From: Diadema antillarum
Lineage: Eukaryota
Length of the DNA: 64,000 nucleotides
NCBI RefSeq assembly: GCF_040938485.1
Contig: NW_027271688.1
Location: 620,001 to 684,000 of the forward strand
Direction: 5' to 3'
Part shown: positions 53,011 through 64,000 of the stretch, piece after piece
Numbering within the stretch: the stretch's first letter is position 1
How the letters are laid out: each line of letters begins with the position of its first letter
Notes under the pieces: model-generated
Told to the model about the DNA's origin: nothing
Databases searched by the model: none
Seen by the model: only the letters and a program-made list of their open reading frames with translations
Translations under genes and position numbers: made by a program

Positions 53011-54126
53011 AAATAAACTTGCACAAAATTCATCATTGTGAGCGACGACTGAGAACGTCTCAATTGGTGATAGATATACAGTCACGAATCGCAATATTAA
53101 CCAATAAACAGATACTAGTAATGTCATAAATAGAATACAATCGATTATGCACGATAATACATTTTACATGTACAAATAGGTATCATAGCTATTGTCAAGA
53201 CTGTAAGTTTATATCAAACGTCAAATGCCGCGGGTCTATAATTGCACTTTACCACGTATACAATAAGATTAACAACCATTCGTCTGACACATGTTACAGG
53301 CTAAATGGCCACCGCTTGAACCCTGTTCACACTGTACAACTTACCTGTTTATGTATTGATCGTTAGCAACATTGTTCATGTGTTTGTTGCTTTGTTGGTT
53401 AATGTATACGGACAATGTGTATCACCAAGGTAAACGTCAGCTTGACGTAGTGGCAACTGTTGAACAAAGTGCGCGTATAGATACTCACATGACTTATAAT
53501 TAATGTAAGCCTTATCTTAACGAACATCATTAGACACATAAAACACTGTTGAAAAGAGGAGACGCGACGTGATATGCATAGGTGAGTTCTGGTTTAGATG
53601 TAAAATAGATTACTCAATCTTTGTACTGCCACTCTGACGTGTAATACTGGTTGTAATTTCATGTATAATACTTGCATGTACATAAAAGACTTTTCCCGAG
53701 GACATGTACTACGCCGTATAACACGAGTCAAAATGCCAGAGCTAAAGTAGAATTATTTGTTACTTGAATACCAAGAATATAATACATAAATCCATGAAAT
53801 CAATTTCTACGTGTTCACTGGTTTTCTTTTTATCATTATTTCATACAAGTTACTACAGAATGATTTTATAGGCGGTGAGACCTTAATGTAGTTGAGGTAT
53901 GATCCGTTTACGGAACACGTTTCGAATCGTCGGTTTATTGAAGCTCTGTTGCGAAGAATCGTTAAGACACTTACCAAGGAAAGGGCTTGCTTTTTTTATT
54001 CCATTCATACTCAAACATTTAAAATGCATTCAAAATAACAAAAAATTGAGCAATGAATGTTTACAATTTAAGATGGAATAGGAATGTCAAATGTCGTTTT
54101 GAGTTGTGACATACTTACTTTCCTTA

Positions 54127-56518
54127 AGCGGGGTTCCCACTATCACGATTGGCGCCACGATTGAAATCGTGGCGCCAATCGTGAAGGAATCGTGGTGATC
54201 TTATCAAATCTTATCAGATCTTGACGTCAGTCGTGGCAATCGCATTAATCGTAGAAAAAATTTGGACGGTTCAAAAATTTTCTACGATTAACACGATTAA
54301 TTGTTGATCGTGATCATCGCATCAGGTTGTCTTGGATCGTATCAAAACGCAGCAAATCTCATCTAATCGTGCTTCTTAATCGTGTTGATCGGGATCGACT
54401 TTTTCACTTCCCTCCTACTTATATGTATATGTTTATTCTTCTTTTGTTTTATATTTGCCCTTATTTTGCTCCAAGATCGTACATATTTTGTATTCCGCGA
54501 GTATTAGATATTTTTATACATATCATTATTATTACTATACATAGTTTTACCATAACACAGACGCACAAAAAAGGGAGTTCCCCGTAATCAATTTGGGGTA
54601 ATTTTTTAACAAACAAAAAAATAGCAAAACTAATACGACTGTGGTATGTCTGCACCTATTGACTAAGGTCAGTATAAAAATGAGAATGATTTCCTGAATC
54701 GTGCATGAGTGAGCACACATCAAAGGCAAATTTGATTACTTTTTAGAACTACTTTTACTTTTTACTTTTTTTGTTGGGTTGTTTGTTTGTTTGTTTGTTT
54801 GTTTGTTTGTTGTTGTTGTTTTTTATTTTGGTGGGGGGGGGGTAAAGTATTGTTTCTTGTGTATTGCATATAATTATCAATCGCTGTTGTTGTTTCATCA
54901 TCCATCATTTGACCCCTTCACATCTATTGTGACACTTTTCATGTTTTGTTTTTTGTGGTTTCGGTTTTTTAGAGGAAAATAGCTGTGTCTACTCTCATTA
55001 AACTGCAAAATCCATTTAGTTTAAGATTGTTGTCAGATAATGCAGCTAAGATCTAGCAACCCATGTCAAGTGAGCATAAGAAAGAGTAGTTGTGTCTTCA
55101 TTGAGTAAGCATGTACACTTTAAAGATGGAGCATAAACTGCAAAACTGTACGGTTGATATTGAATAGAAGAGGGCTGGCACAATGAATCCTAAAACAACA
55201 CCACTGAAACATTCACCGGAAGCAGAATGTTTCTCACACCCCACGAAAACTTTTGTGACTTTTGAAAAGTGACCATTGTCACTCATACATGACTATAAAG
55301 ATCACTGTCATTTTTCACATAGAGGTTAGTTAATAAGTGTAGCAACACCCCAGCGAAATAATTTTGCTTCAAACTTATTTTGTGTTAAAAAGTGACTTTA
55401 TTTTAGGTGAGTTACTTCTCTGTTGTGTGTATATCGGTTTTGTTAAATACTGTTAAATAAAACTATTTATCAAGCCAAACCCACCAAACTTTCAATACCC
55501 CATGAGATAACGACATTTTGAAATACAAAGGCATATATACATACTATGCGAATATGAAATCAAACACATAAGCAATACTATAAGTTCGGTCAACTTTCTT
55601 ATACTGAGCCAGCATTCAAAAAGATCCAATCCTCTTTTTTAGCTTCCATTTCATCATATTTTCTTCATGTGTTTCAAAGGAAGGCGAACACCTTTTGTCT
55701 TTATCTTCTTCTTCTTTTTTTTTTTTTTTTTGGGGGGGGGGGGGGAGGGGGGGGGGGGGAGAGGGGGCAATGATTTGATCTTGCGTATGCAGTTTTTATT
55801 TTATTTTTTTTTGGGGGGGGGGGGGGGAGGGGGTGATGAGGACGAGCATGTCGATTCAATAATCTTTAGGTTGAATTAGAAGAGGGATTTTCTGACGTTG
55901 TGGCTGGCCTAGGCGCTGCTTTCTCTCTGATGATAACGTAATCGTCATTCGCAATATTGCAAAGGTCACGTTGTCATCATCCTCAATCAGTCAACCCTTG
56001 CCATCATCAATGGTTGTGGATAAATAGGCCTAATCACTCTTCAGAAGTTATAGAAATAATGAAAGACATTGTCAGTCGGACTATAATATTCCCATTCGGG
56101 TCCAATCGCGCCTTAAATCGAGTCGCTTTTGATCCCGATCGTGAAAGATATCGTATCTTATCTCAACAGCCCGCATTGCTTCGCGGTATTCGTACTAAAA
56201 CGTATCAGAACATAGCTGCACGCACCAGATCGGGGATCCCGATCGTAATGATCGTGTTAGATCGAAACCAATCGTAGACTCAATCGGAACAATCCTATTG
56301 GGTCATATTTGAATCGGAGACCACATCGTGATAGATCGTATTGCTTAAAATAGCCCAATCGTGACCATATCGCATCCCAGCGGACCAACACGTATTGACT
56401 CGCATAACCTCGTATCCAAACGTGAAATTTCAGACAAGTTCAACAAATTTTCCACGATCAGTTACGAATGTCCAATCGTGGCGTTCGCAAAGGATCGCAC
56501 GATAGTGGGAACCCCGCT
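54127..56518. mobile_element. 2.4-kb non-autonomous PIF/Harbinger-type element
   Basis: tta|AGCGGGGTTCCCACTATC ... GATAGTGGGAACCCCGCT|tta: perfect 18-bp TIRs and identical 3-bp TTA TSD. Subterminal ATCGT/ACGAT arrays at about 54145-54400 and 55960-56500. No transposase ORF seen. Confidence 0.85.
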
Positions 56519-56707
56519 TTACCAACGTATATTTTCCTTGAATTTGCTAAAATAGTATAACTGTGGCTGGCCATTCATTATTGTCAATCCATGAGTGCGA
56601 CACGGTAATGGATTCACATCGTTGAAGGTAATAACTCATTACGTCTAATTTCGGCAAATCAGGAACCTATCGGTAAATGTGTCTGTGATGACGTGCAGTG
56701 TATGAAA

Positions 56708-59700
56708 TTAATTCTCTGCTTCTGCGATTGGCCTGATCTTATTGGCTGCCTCGATGACGTTTTTGGTATCCACCGTATCTTCGAAGGTTTTGTTCGGATA
56801 CTCGTAGATGAGACCAGTGTCGCCGGGTCCGACGACGAAAATGCCCCCTAGAGTCCAGCCGTCACCTGTAGATGGTATAGGAATGGTTACAAAAGAACGT
56901 ATCTGCTGAAAGTTCATGTCATGTATTGCATCTTCACTGTCAATGTCATAATAACGAGTAGCGAATGCTCTGATCCTCTTCCATTGTTGACCCATCTCAT
57001 ATTCTATACTTTTCATTGTATCAGGGCTAATTCTGCAATTATCGACGGGCTGAAGGCCGCCGCACACTATACGACTTTTGGTCGCACGATTGACAGACCT
57101 TGAATCCGAAATAAATCATAGAATAGCCTCAGAATAAACACGTTTGTTTATTTCAGATCCAAAGTCGCTTTAAGTCGTGCGAAGGATAGCCGTATAGTGT
57201 GCTGTGGCCCTATAAACAAAGCTATCCGGAGTTTAACCATTATTGTACATTTGTATTACAAGAATCTGAAATCCCTATGCCCTGAAGACATTTCTGTGCA
57301 ACGGCAACGCGGTACGTGCCCAAGCAGTATATCGATTGACGTACACATTTTATAGTACACTGATTATCATGGAGGTAAAATTTCTTGCCGAAGTATACAA
57401 GCTACAAACGTAACTGTATCATACAGGTATACTGAAAGGTTAGCCTCAGAATTAAGTGCGTCATTATATCTGTTCTCTTGCATCAAGATGTCTTGCATGG
57501 CCGATTATCAACTGCGATGCTTGATTTAATCAAAACGGTGTCCTACGGGCAGTCGCCTTGTACCCCTTTAACATGTTTCAATGCTCTATAAGAATTCCAT
57601 CGCTACTTTGAATCAAAGGACACTTCAACCGAGAGCGAAACTAGGACTCCTGATTATTATTATCCTCAGACTCAAGTCCATTGCTAATATAATGTCTCCC
57701 CTTCGTCAATACACAATGAATTGATTTGCTAAAACAATCGAGCACAGTAAGACTCTGCGTCAACGCAAACTGTCAAATTATCACACAATGTCTCTCGTCG
57801 AGTGATGGAAGCGCATGATATTGCTTTCCCACATCGATGCAAGTCATGAAGCAGATTAATTCAACTATCATAATCATTAATTGGGTTGACGTCTTACCTT
57901 TTAAGTTGAGGGGGATTCCTTGCTTTCTGTACTTCCACCCCATAGAGAAGACACCTTTGTGGAATATGTCGAAGAACCCCCTCTTTCGAAACTTCGGCCC
58001 ATAGAACTTCATCTGTCGCGGAGGGAACGTTGGAACAAAGTGTATCATTTCTTTTGGTAAAAATCTCTGGGACGTGCTTATGTACAATGGTGCTCTAAGG
58101 AAATCAAATACTAGTACGATGTGTACGTGTACCACAATATTCATACACTGTCACTTGACTAGTAATGTAGTGTTGATCTTTACAGCATCTCGTAGAATAA
58201 ACCATGTAATGTGTACTGTTATGAGTTTTACCTCGATTTCGTTTCTGATGTCGAATTAAGTAAGAATACACGGAAACTGTTTCGCGTAAAATGATATTTC
58301 TACACACACACACACACATGCACAAGCTCATATCTTTGACAATGATGTGACTGTCAATCCACTGTTGTTGTCCACTTTGTCTTGTCACTGATGCATCATG
58401 AACATATAAACGTCTATACCCTTGAAACTCTTTGATGTCTTCTAGAGACCCTTTGATTTCGCTTGCAATCCCATGGGATTACGTATACACCTACAAAATC
58501 ATGATAAGTTTTAATGAGCAATGTGTACCTCTGTATCAAGAAAGACTTCTCCGTCGAAGAAAGGTAGGAAGTCCTGGTAACCCAGAGATTCCCGGAGGAC
58601 AGCGTACAGCTTTATGCCTCGCGCGTCCAGCTCGGGCTTGAGAGAGGAAACCGTACGGGCTTCCTACCAGAAATCACAGGAATATAAGCATAATTATGAT
58701 GGAATCATGCGTTGTTCACAGATTCGAACCGTGAAGGACCAATGTTTACAACCTAATTTCTTTCTTGATGCTTCCTATTTTAGTATGTCATACAAACACA
58801 GCTGCTAATTAACATTTTCCTTGTCATAACTTTTTCGTTACTATTCTCCATACATCACATCAGAATAACGATCATAAATTCTTCAAGTCATTTATATCCA
58901 AATCTTATACATGTACGTTTATCCACTGTTATANNNNNNNNNNNNNNNNNNNNNNNNNNNNNNNNNNNNNNNNNNNNNNNNNNNNNNNNNNNNNNNNNNN
59001 NNNNNNNNNNNNNNNNNNNNNNNNNNNNNNNNNNNNNNNNNNNNNNNNNNNNNNNNNNNNNNNNNNAAAGCTGCTCGTAAAGTTACGAACGACTTACGAG
59101 TGACTGGTGATCAGTTCTTGTGCTGAATATGGAAATTCTGATAAGTAGCACATCAGAACTGATCATCAGTCACTCGTTAGTCGTTCGTAACTTTACAAGC
59201 AGCTTTATGAAACACCCCCTGCTACTTCTACTTCTACTATCACCACTAGTATTACAACTGTTTCTATTCTACTAATAATAATAACAATCATAATTCAGTG
59301 CAATCCTCTTGCTTAAGGGAATATACTGAGAACTCTAAAACTGATCTCACGTTCAAAGGCCTCTGCCGAAATCATTGTATTCGAAGTCTAATATATGAAT
59401 TGGTGTGCTCTCACTGGTGTGTTGTCACTGTAACTTTACTACCTATACTTTTCTTTTTCTTTCAACTTCTCATTGCGTTTCTCTCTCCCTCTTTACTTCC
59501 CCTTCATAGGTAGTATAATCACCATCTCCTTCTTCATATTTTCTTGCTCCTTTCTTAAAATATCTTCTTGTTTGACATTATCATTAATAGCAGTCGTTGA
59601 CGTTCTCGCGATTATATGCTACGCACTCACCCCTTTGCACAAGGATCATCCAGGCCGCCTCACCGCCAGGACGACTGCACCGCTTTCCCGCCACAGATCC

Positions 59701-59867
59701 TTGGCCTTGAAGAGCTGCCTACCCTTCCCCGTGCCGCCATCCCCGCCGTCTGACTCGAGAAAGTTGAGATGAGTGAGGTTGGTGTTGCCTAGCAACTGGA
59801 GGGTGGCATCTGCTAGGTACGGTTCGTTGGCGCGATCCGGTACGGCAGAGGACGCAGATGCCGCCAT
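56708..59867 (-). CDS. SELENOU: Selenoprotein U / peroxiredoxin-like 2A (PRXL2A/FAM213A family, thioredoxin-like fold), 214 aa with Sec74
   Basis: Exons 59867-59631 (GCCATGG; ...FKAKDLWRESGAVVLAVRRPG-TGA-SLCKG|GTGAGT), 58663-58529 (EARTVSSLKPELDARGIKLYAVLRE...EVFLDTE), 58012-57898 (MKFYGP...LNLK), 56865-56708 (GDGWTLGGIFVVGPG...VIEAANKIRP...*). Collinear with vertebrate PRXL2A as I recall it (AVRRPGCFLCREEA...GGVFVVG). In-frame TGA at 59648-59646 plus the SECIS. Confidence 0.93.
58934..59066. other. Assembly gap (N run)
   Basis: 133 N, inside SelU intron 1. Confidence 1.
59067..59219. mobile_element. PIF/Harbinger-type MITE, inverted copy of 17823-17991 (left end in the gap)
   Basis: aaagctgctcgtaaagttacgaac...gttcgtaactttacaagcagctttatgaaacacccc; core is the reverse complement of the 17.8-kb copy. 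Confidence 0.8.
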
Positions 59868-61508
59868 GGCTTGTTTCCCCAAGGCTCCGGTGAGCGGGGT
59901 ATGACTGTATGATGTCAAAGAAGGATCTGAAAATGCAAGTGAAATCGACGAACTGTTCAATAGTTAATAGGAGGAATATAGCAATGCCAAATCACACTTG
60001 AAACGGTAGTAGCTATCTTATCTGAGTTTCAGGAGAGCATCGTATAACATTTTAAGTCATACCTTAGGTATGGTGATAATGATTATACAAGCATGATTTT
60101 GACTACTGATATTGTATGAAGAAAATCATTATTCCTGCATGGTTACTCCCTGATTTCTGTATTTTGTCATGTGAAATCGTTATCTATAATACCTCACATT
60201 TCTCTGGTTTTCGTTTGTTTGTTTGTTTGTTTTTACAGAACACAATACAACAACAACAATATGACATGGTAGCCCTGAGTAGTACCGACAATGCTGCAAC
60301 AATGTTCTTCCACATTTTTGTTTGTTTGTGCGTGTGTTTATTGTTGCAGTCATGTACTGTATGCGTAGTCTGTATAGGCCTACAGACTACACATTACATG
60401 ATTACAATGTGTTATCGAGAATAAGTTTTAACAACGCAAGACAGTACGGCTCGTACCGCTAACTCACTGCCCGTGTAGACTGAACAGTCTTCCATTTACA
60501 CAATTATACGAGTATTATCCAAGTTAACGTGGAATTTAAAATTGCACAGCTACAATAAAATTACAATCATCATCACCTGCTGGATATGTTCAGCAAACAC
60601 TATCATGACTCCCCGTACGCGATAAACAAGACGAGATCTCATCAGCCATTATTATCCTGACTAAAAACGAGTCAATTTGCACGAAAACTAAAGCGTCGTT
60701 ACGTCTGTAATAAATGGTACTGGATTCTCTGAAAGAACCTATCGGCAACTTCTAAACACACGCTTCTCTGGCACCTTATAACGTCGCCTCCATGCACCTA
60801 TAGAGCGTTTACACAATGCATTCTTTCCGTATTGTATTACACGCCTCTGTTCGCACCGCGACTGACCTGCAGTCTGTTCAATGAGGATAATTACATTGCA
60901 CTGACCTATCAGAAGTGTGTCCATAATTGGTTTATGACGACGCCAAAACCCGCTGAAAATGAACAAGATACCCATCACCATCTATATAGGCCCTATATAA
61001 TACAATCAACCTGTCGTACTAAAAACTTACGATACCTACCTTTGTTGTTCTCGGAGCTACTAGTAGTCGGGTGTTATCCAGTGCTGCAAACGGCAGGGAA
61101 TGAAGGCTGATGATGAGTGTCTGTGGCACACTGTTCGTCGATTGTTGCGTCACAGTGTTCAGGCATCAATTCTTCTCAAGAACGGAGTGGTATAAGTACC
61201 AGCAGAGAAGTTCAAAGATCAAGTAGTACACGTCAAAAACCATTAATTATACAGATTATAGGGCCTACATGTACCTAGTCCTATATGCATATGATATACT
61301 GATAATTTTGGTAGATAGCATAGCTGGCTGTACATTAGGCCTATTATATGTGCATGCATATTATGAATGCACCTTAATAACATATCTCTCTTCCCCTCCC
61401 CTCTCTTTCTATCGATTTCCTGTGAAAACAATAATACGATCAAAAATAGTTAGGCTACATAAATTGACCCTGGACATATACCCGCGTGTGACTGCCTATT
61501 TCACTTAA

Positions 61509-62014
61509 GGGAACCAAAGCTCAAATATAAATGTGGGTTGAGTGAAAACAGCAATATTAGTATATAGTTTGAGGAAAATCGAACAATCGATTCCAAAGTT
61601 AAAAGCTGCGGCACCACCATCGCTTGATTCGAAGACGACTACACTTCGTTACATCATTTTGGACAACAATATAGAGAAAATACAAGCAGAATTCCATAAA
61701 ATTTCATTTTCATGAAAACTACACATTCCATCCACTTGTCATTGACGTATATGTTAAGGGTAATTGCCCTGCTTTCTGAATGAGGTAAGTCGAGTGCTGT
61801 ATAATTTTCTTTATATTTACATTGTTGTCCATACATTAAATAATGAAGTGGAGTAGTCTCCTTTTCGAGCAATGACTGCCCCGAAATTTTAAAAAAATTT
61901 GATCGAAAAACTTTTTGATCGATTGTCGGATTTTCCTCAAACTTTCTCTGATGTGTTCTACCAAAATTTGCTGCTTTCACTCAATCCACATTTATGTTTG
62001 GGTTTTGGTTCCCT
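61509..62014. mobile_element. TTAA-flanked Kolobok-like element, family B (about 50-bp TIRs)
   Basis: TTAA|GGGAACCAAA...ATAAATGTGGGTTGAGTGAAA ... TTTCACTCAATCCACATTTAT...TTTGGTTCCCT|TTAA. Confidence 0.8.
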
Positions 62015-62498
62015 TTAAGTAAGAAAATCATGCACGTACACATGCATATGAATGGACATGTTAAAATTGAAATACCGTCAAATTGCAACTCCGATATTCA
62101 ACTAAATAATCCATCCAGTCATTCTAATATTGAAAGATTTACTTATATTCATTTGTATATTTCACTATTTATGTGCATTGCGCATGCAGAAATGATAAAA
62201 ATGATGATAACAATCATGGAAAATGTAATTAACGCTTAAGACGAAAATGTTTAGAGGCACTCTACAATTAACAAAAGAGAACAATGTAACATATAAATTA
62301 ACTACGAATACAAATAATCCACAATGAATAATCATCGGTTCTGTTCTTGAAATAAGCGGGTTTTGAGTTTCTTTTTGAGAATGCCAGTGGAGAAATAAGT
62401 CGTCAACATAGACCCAAATTCTTTGACATGAAATAAGAAAATAATCATTGTGCGTGGGTATAAATCACTCGCACTATGTGTGTGTTTAAGTGTGCTGC

Positions 62499-62500
<2 letters not shown>

Positions 62501-62540
<40 letters not shown>
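62501..62540. repeat. (AG)20 microsatellite
   Basis: Seen directly. Confidence 0.95.
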
Positions 62541-62543
<3 letters not shown>

Positions 62544-63838
62544 GGGAGAGAGACGCAGAGAAATAAATCCCTTCGTATATTATAGGCCTACTAATAGCAG
62601 AAAATGTATCAATAAGGAAACTACTGCACTATAGAATTCAATTATCTTTAACAGTTAACACAATAAGTTGGGCCGGTTGTAGGCCTACTTTCAATATTTT
62701 GTAATCCAACAAGAACCGTTTCGTCAAATGTGTGCTTTGTAACATTCCTATATAGGCCTATTTCTCATGTATAAGTCAACAGATCGAAGTCGACGTGATG
62801 CATAATATGCGACGACGTTAGGTGTTATATACACAACATCCGATCGCTAGTTTGTCTCTATTGTCGTCTAGCGATCTGCGAAGAAAATAATGCATTCCCG
62901 CCGCCTCCCATTTCTGCCCTGTCTTTTAATGTCATTTAAAGACTTGGAACAGCATGTGTACAAAATCTTAGATGTTAGATTCTTTTATCAAAATGATATG
63001 TCGCGGATTTTTAATCGTTTTATTTCCACTCTTTTTTTTCCAACAACCTGCTCCACCCCTAAAAAACAACAACAACAACAACTCTCTTCGTGCCTTGCAC
63101 GAATATGTCATCAACGGCAAAGTCAAGTTGAAATAAGCATCACAGTGCCTGTATGTTATGCAGCTTACCCCCAAAATTGAAGAAAAAAACCTGTTCGGAA
63201 TGATTTATTTGATTAAAAGAACAAAAAATGATGCATATTTCAATCGAACAATACCTTGCTTTATGGTGTACCAATCTAGTCATATATCAACATATTATGA
63301 AAGTCATTATCATGGACACAAAACCAGAATTGCATGACAAGGGGTCTTCACGCCTGAGAATATTTGGAATCACATTGATCGCACAACGAGTTAATTTGCT
63401 ATTAAAGCTCCTGAGAAACAAAGAAAATAATAAGAAAATGCTGAATTAATATTCTAAATCATAACTTCTCGCATATTTCTTGTTATGTTACAAGAAGTGA
63501 GGTATCACTGGAAAGTTTTTATAACGCTCCATCTGATGATGGTCTGTCTGACTTCAGAATTCACGGAAAGGCCATGGTCAATAATTTTGTGTGAAACACT
63601 GGGCTTAGTCACCTGATCGGTGATTATTCGCACGTGATGCAGGCGTTCGTGTTCACTGATGAGCATGCAGTACGCTGTTGAGCTGGCGCTAGATGGTAAA
63701 AATGGTATGGGTGATCTTTGGAAGAGACTTGAATGCATTGTGTGCACCGCTGTATTAACAGGGAGGTGAGCCACTCCTGTACCGCAGACAATTTACAAGG
63801 ACTAGCGGCCTATGTGATAATTTTCGGGAGAGAAGAGA

Positions 63839-64000
63839 ATGAATAGGATCATCATGCATTTCTACATGCTTGCATTTTCATTCGCCACGCTGATAACTAT
63901 AAATGCGTGCAGTGCAACGACTACAAATACATCGACCAGCACGGGAACAACGAACGCAGCGACCGACGTGACCATTACGGTGACGACGATGGCGACCCCG
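63839..64000 (+). CDS. 5' end of a secreted or type-I membrane protein with a Thr-rich (mucin-like) N-terminus; runs off the window
   Basis: First ATG after in-frame TAA (63818), A at -3: MNRIIMHFYMLAFSFATLITINACSA|TTTNTSTSTGTTNAATDVTITVTTMATP. Signal-peptide pattern with a C-S-A cleavage motif and an N-T-S sequon. Absent from the ORF track because it has no stop in the window. Confidence 0.7.
   Translation, partial: MNRIIMHFYMLAFSFATLITINACSATTTNTSTSTGTTNAATDVTITVTTMATP

Noticed and set aside
56570-56620. Proximal SECIS-like hairpin (GTGA-ATCCAT...ATGGAT-TGA) just after the SelU stop
   Set aside because: Helix is only about 6 bp, the core is out of register and there is no apical AA; the 52.9-kb element fits far better.
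63505-63774. 89-aa minus-strand ORF
   Set aside because: No recognisable features; more likely the antisense of the 5' region of the plus-strand secreted-protein gene.

Overview
Eukaryotic genomic scaffold: AT-rich introns, GT-AG splicing, dense MITEs and microsatellites, four short N gaps. An invertebrate deuterostome such as a sea urchin is my inference. No prokaryotic features (CRISPR, operons, rRNA) and no convincing tRNA. Gene models I could reconstruct: (1) SKP1, minus strand, 4 coding exons, 162 aa; (2) a complete clan-2 cytochrome P450, minus strand, 5 exons, 497 aa; (3) an intronless class-A GPCR, plus strand, split by a frameshift in ICL3; (4) a PRXL2A/selenoprotein U gene, minus strand, 4 coding exons, 214 aa; (5) the 5' end of a signal-peptide/Thr-rich (mucin-like) gene running off the right edge; (6) one probable exon of an unidentified minus-strand gene at the left edge. 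The main hidden signal is in gene 4. The ORF track stops at an in-frame TGA that sits at the U of a UxxC motif (AVRRPG-U-SLC). A canonical type-II SECIS lies 3.7 kb past the real stop, beyond a 2.4-kb Harbinger-type insertion, and splicing creates a hairpin just 3' of the UGA. Selenocysteine recoding is known biology; what is new here is this locus and its arrangement. Other signals: a CpG-depleted domain matching the SKP1 gene body with a CTCF-like motif at its edge, a probably bidirectional SKP1 promoter, unusual residues in SKP1 and the P450, and a near-perfect 84-nt hairpin. All calls were read by eye; no alignment, folding or database search was run.
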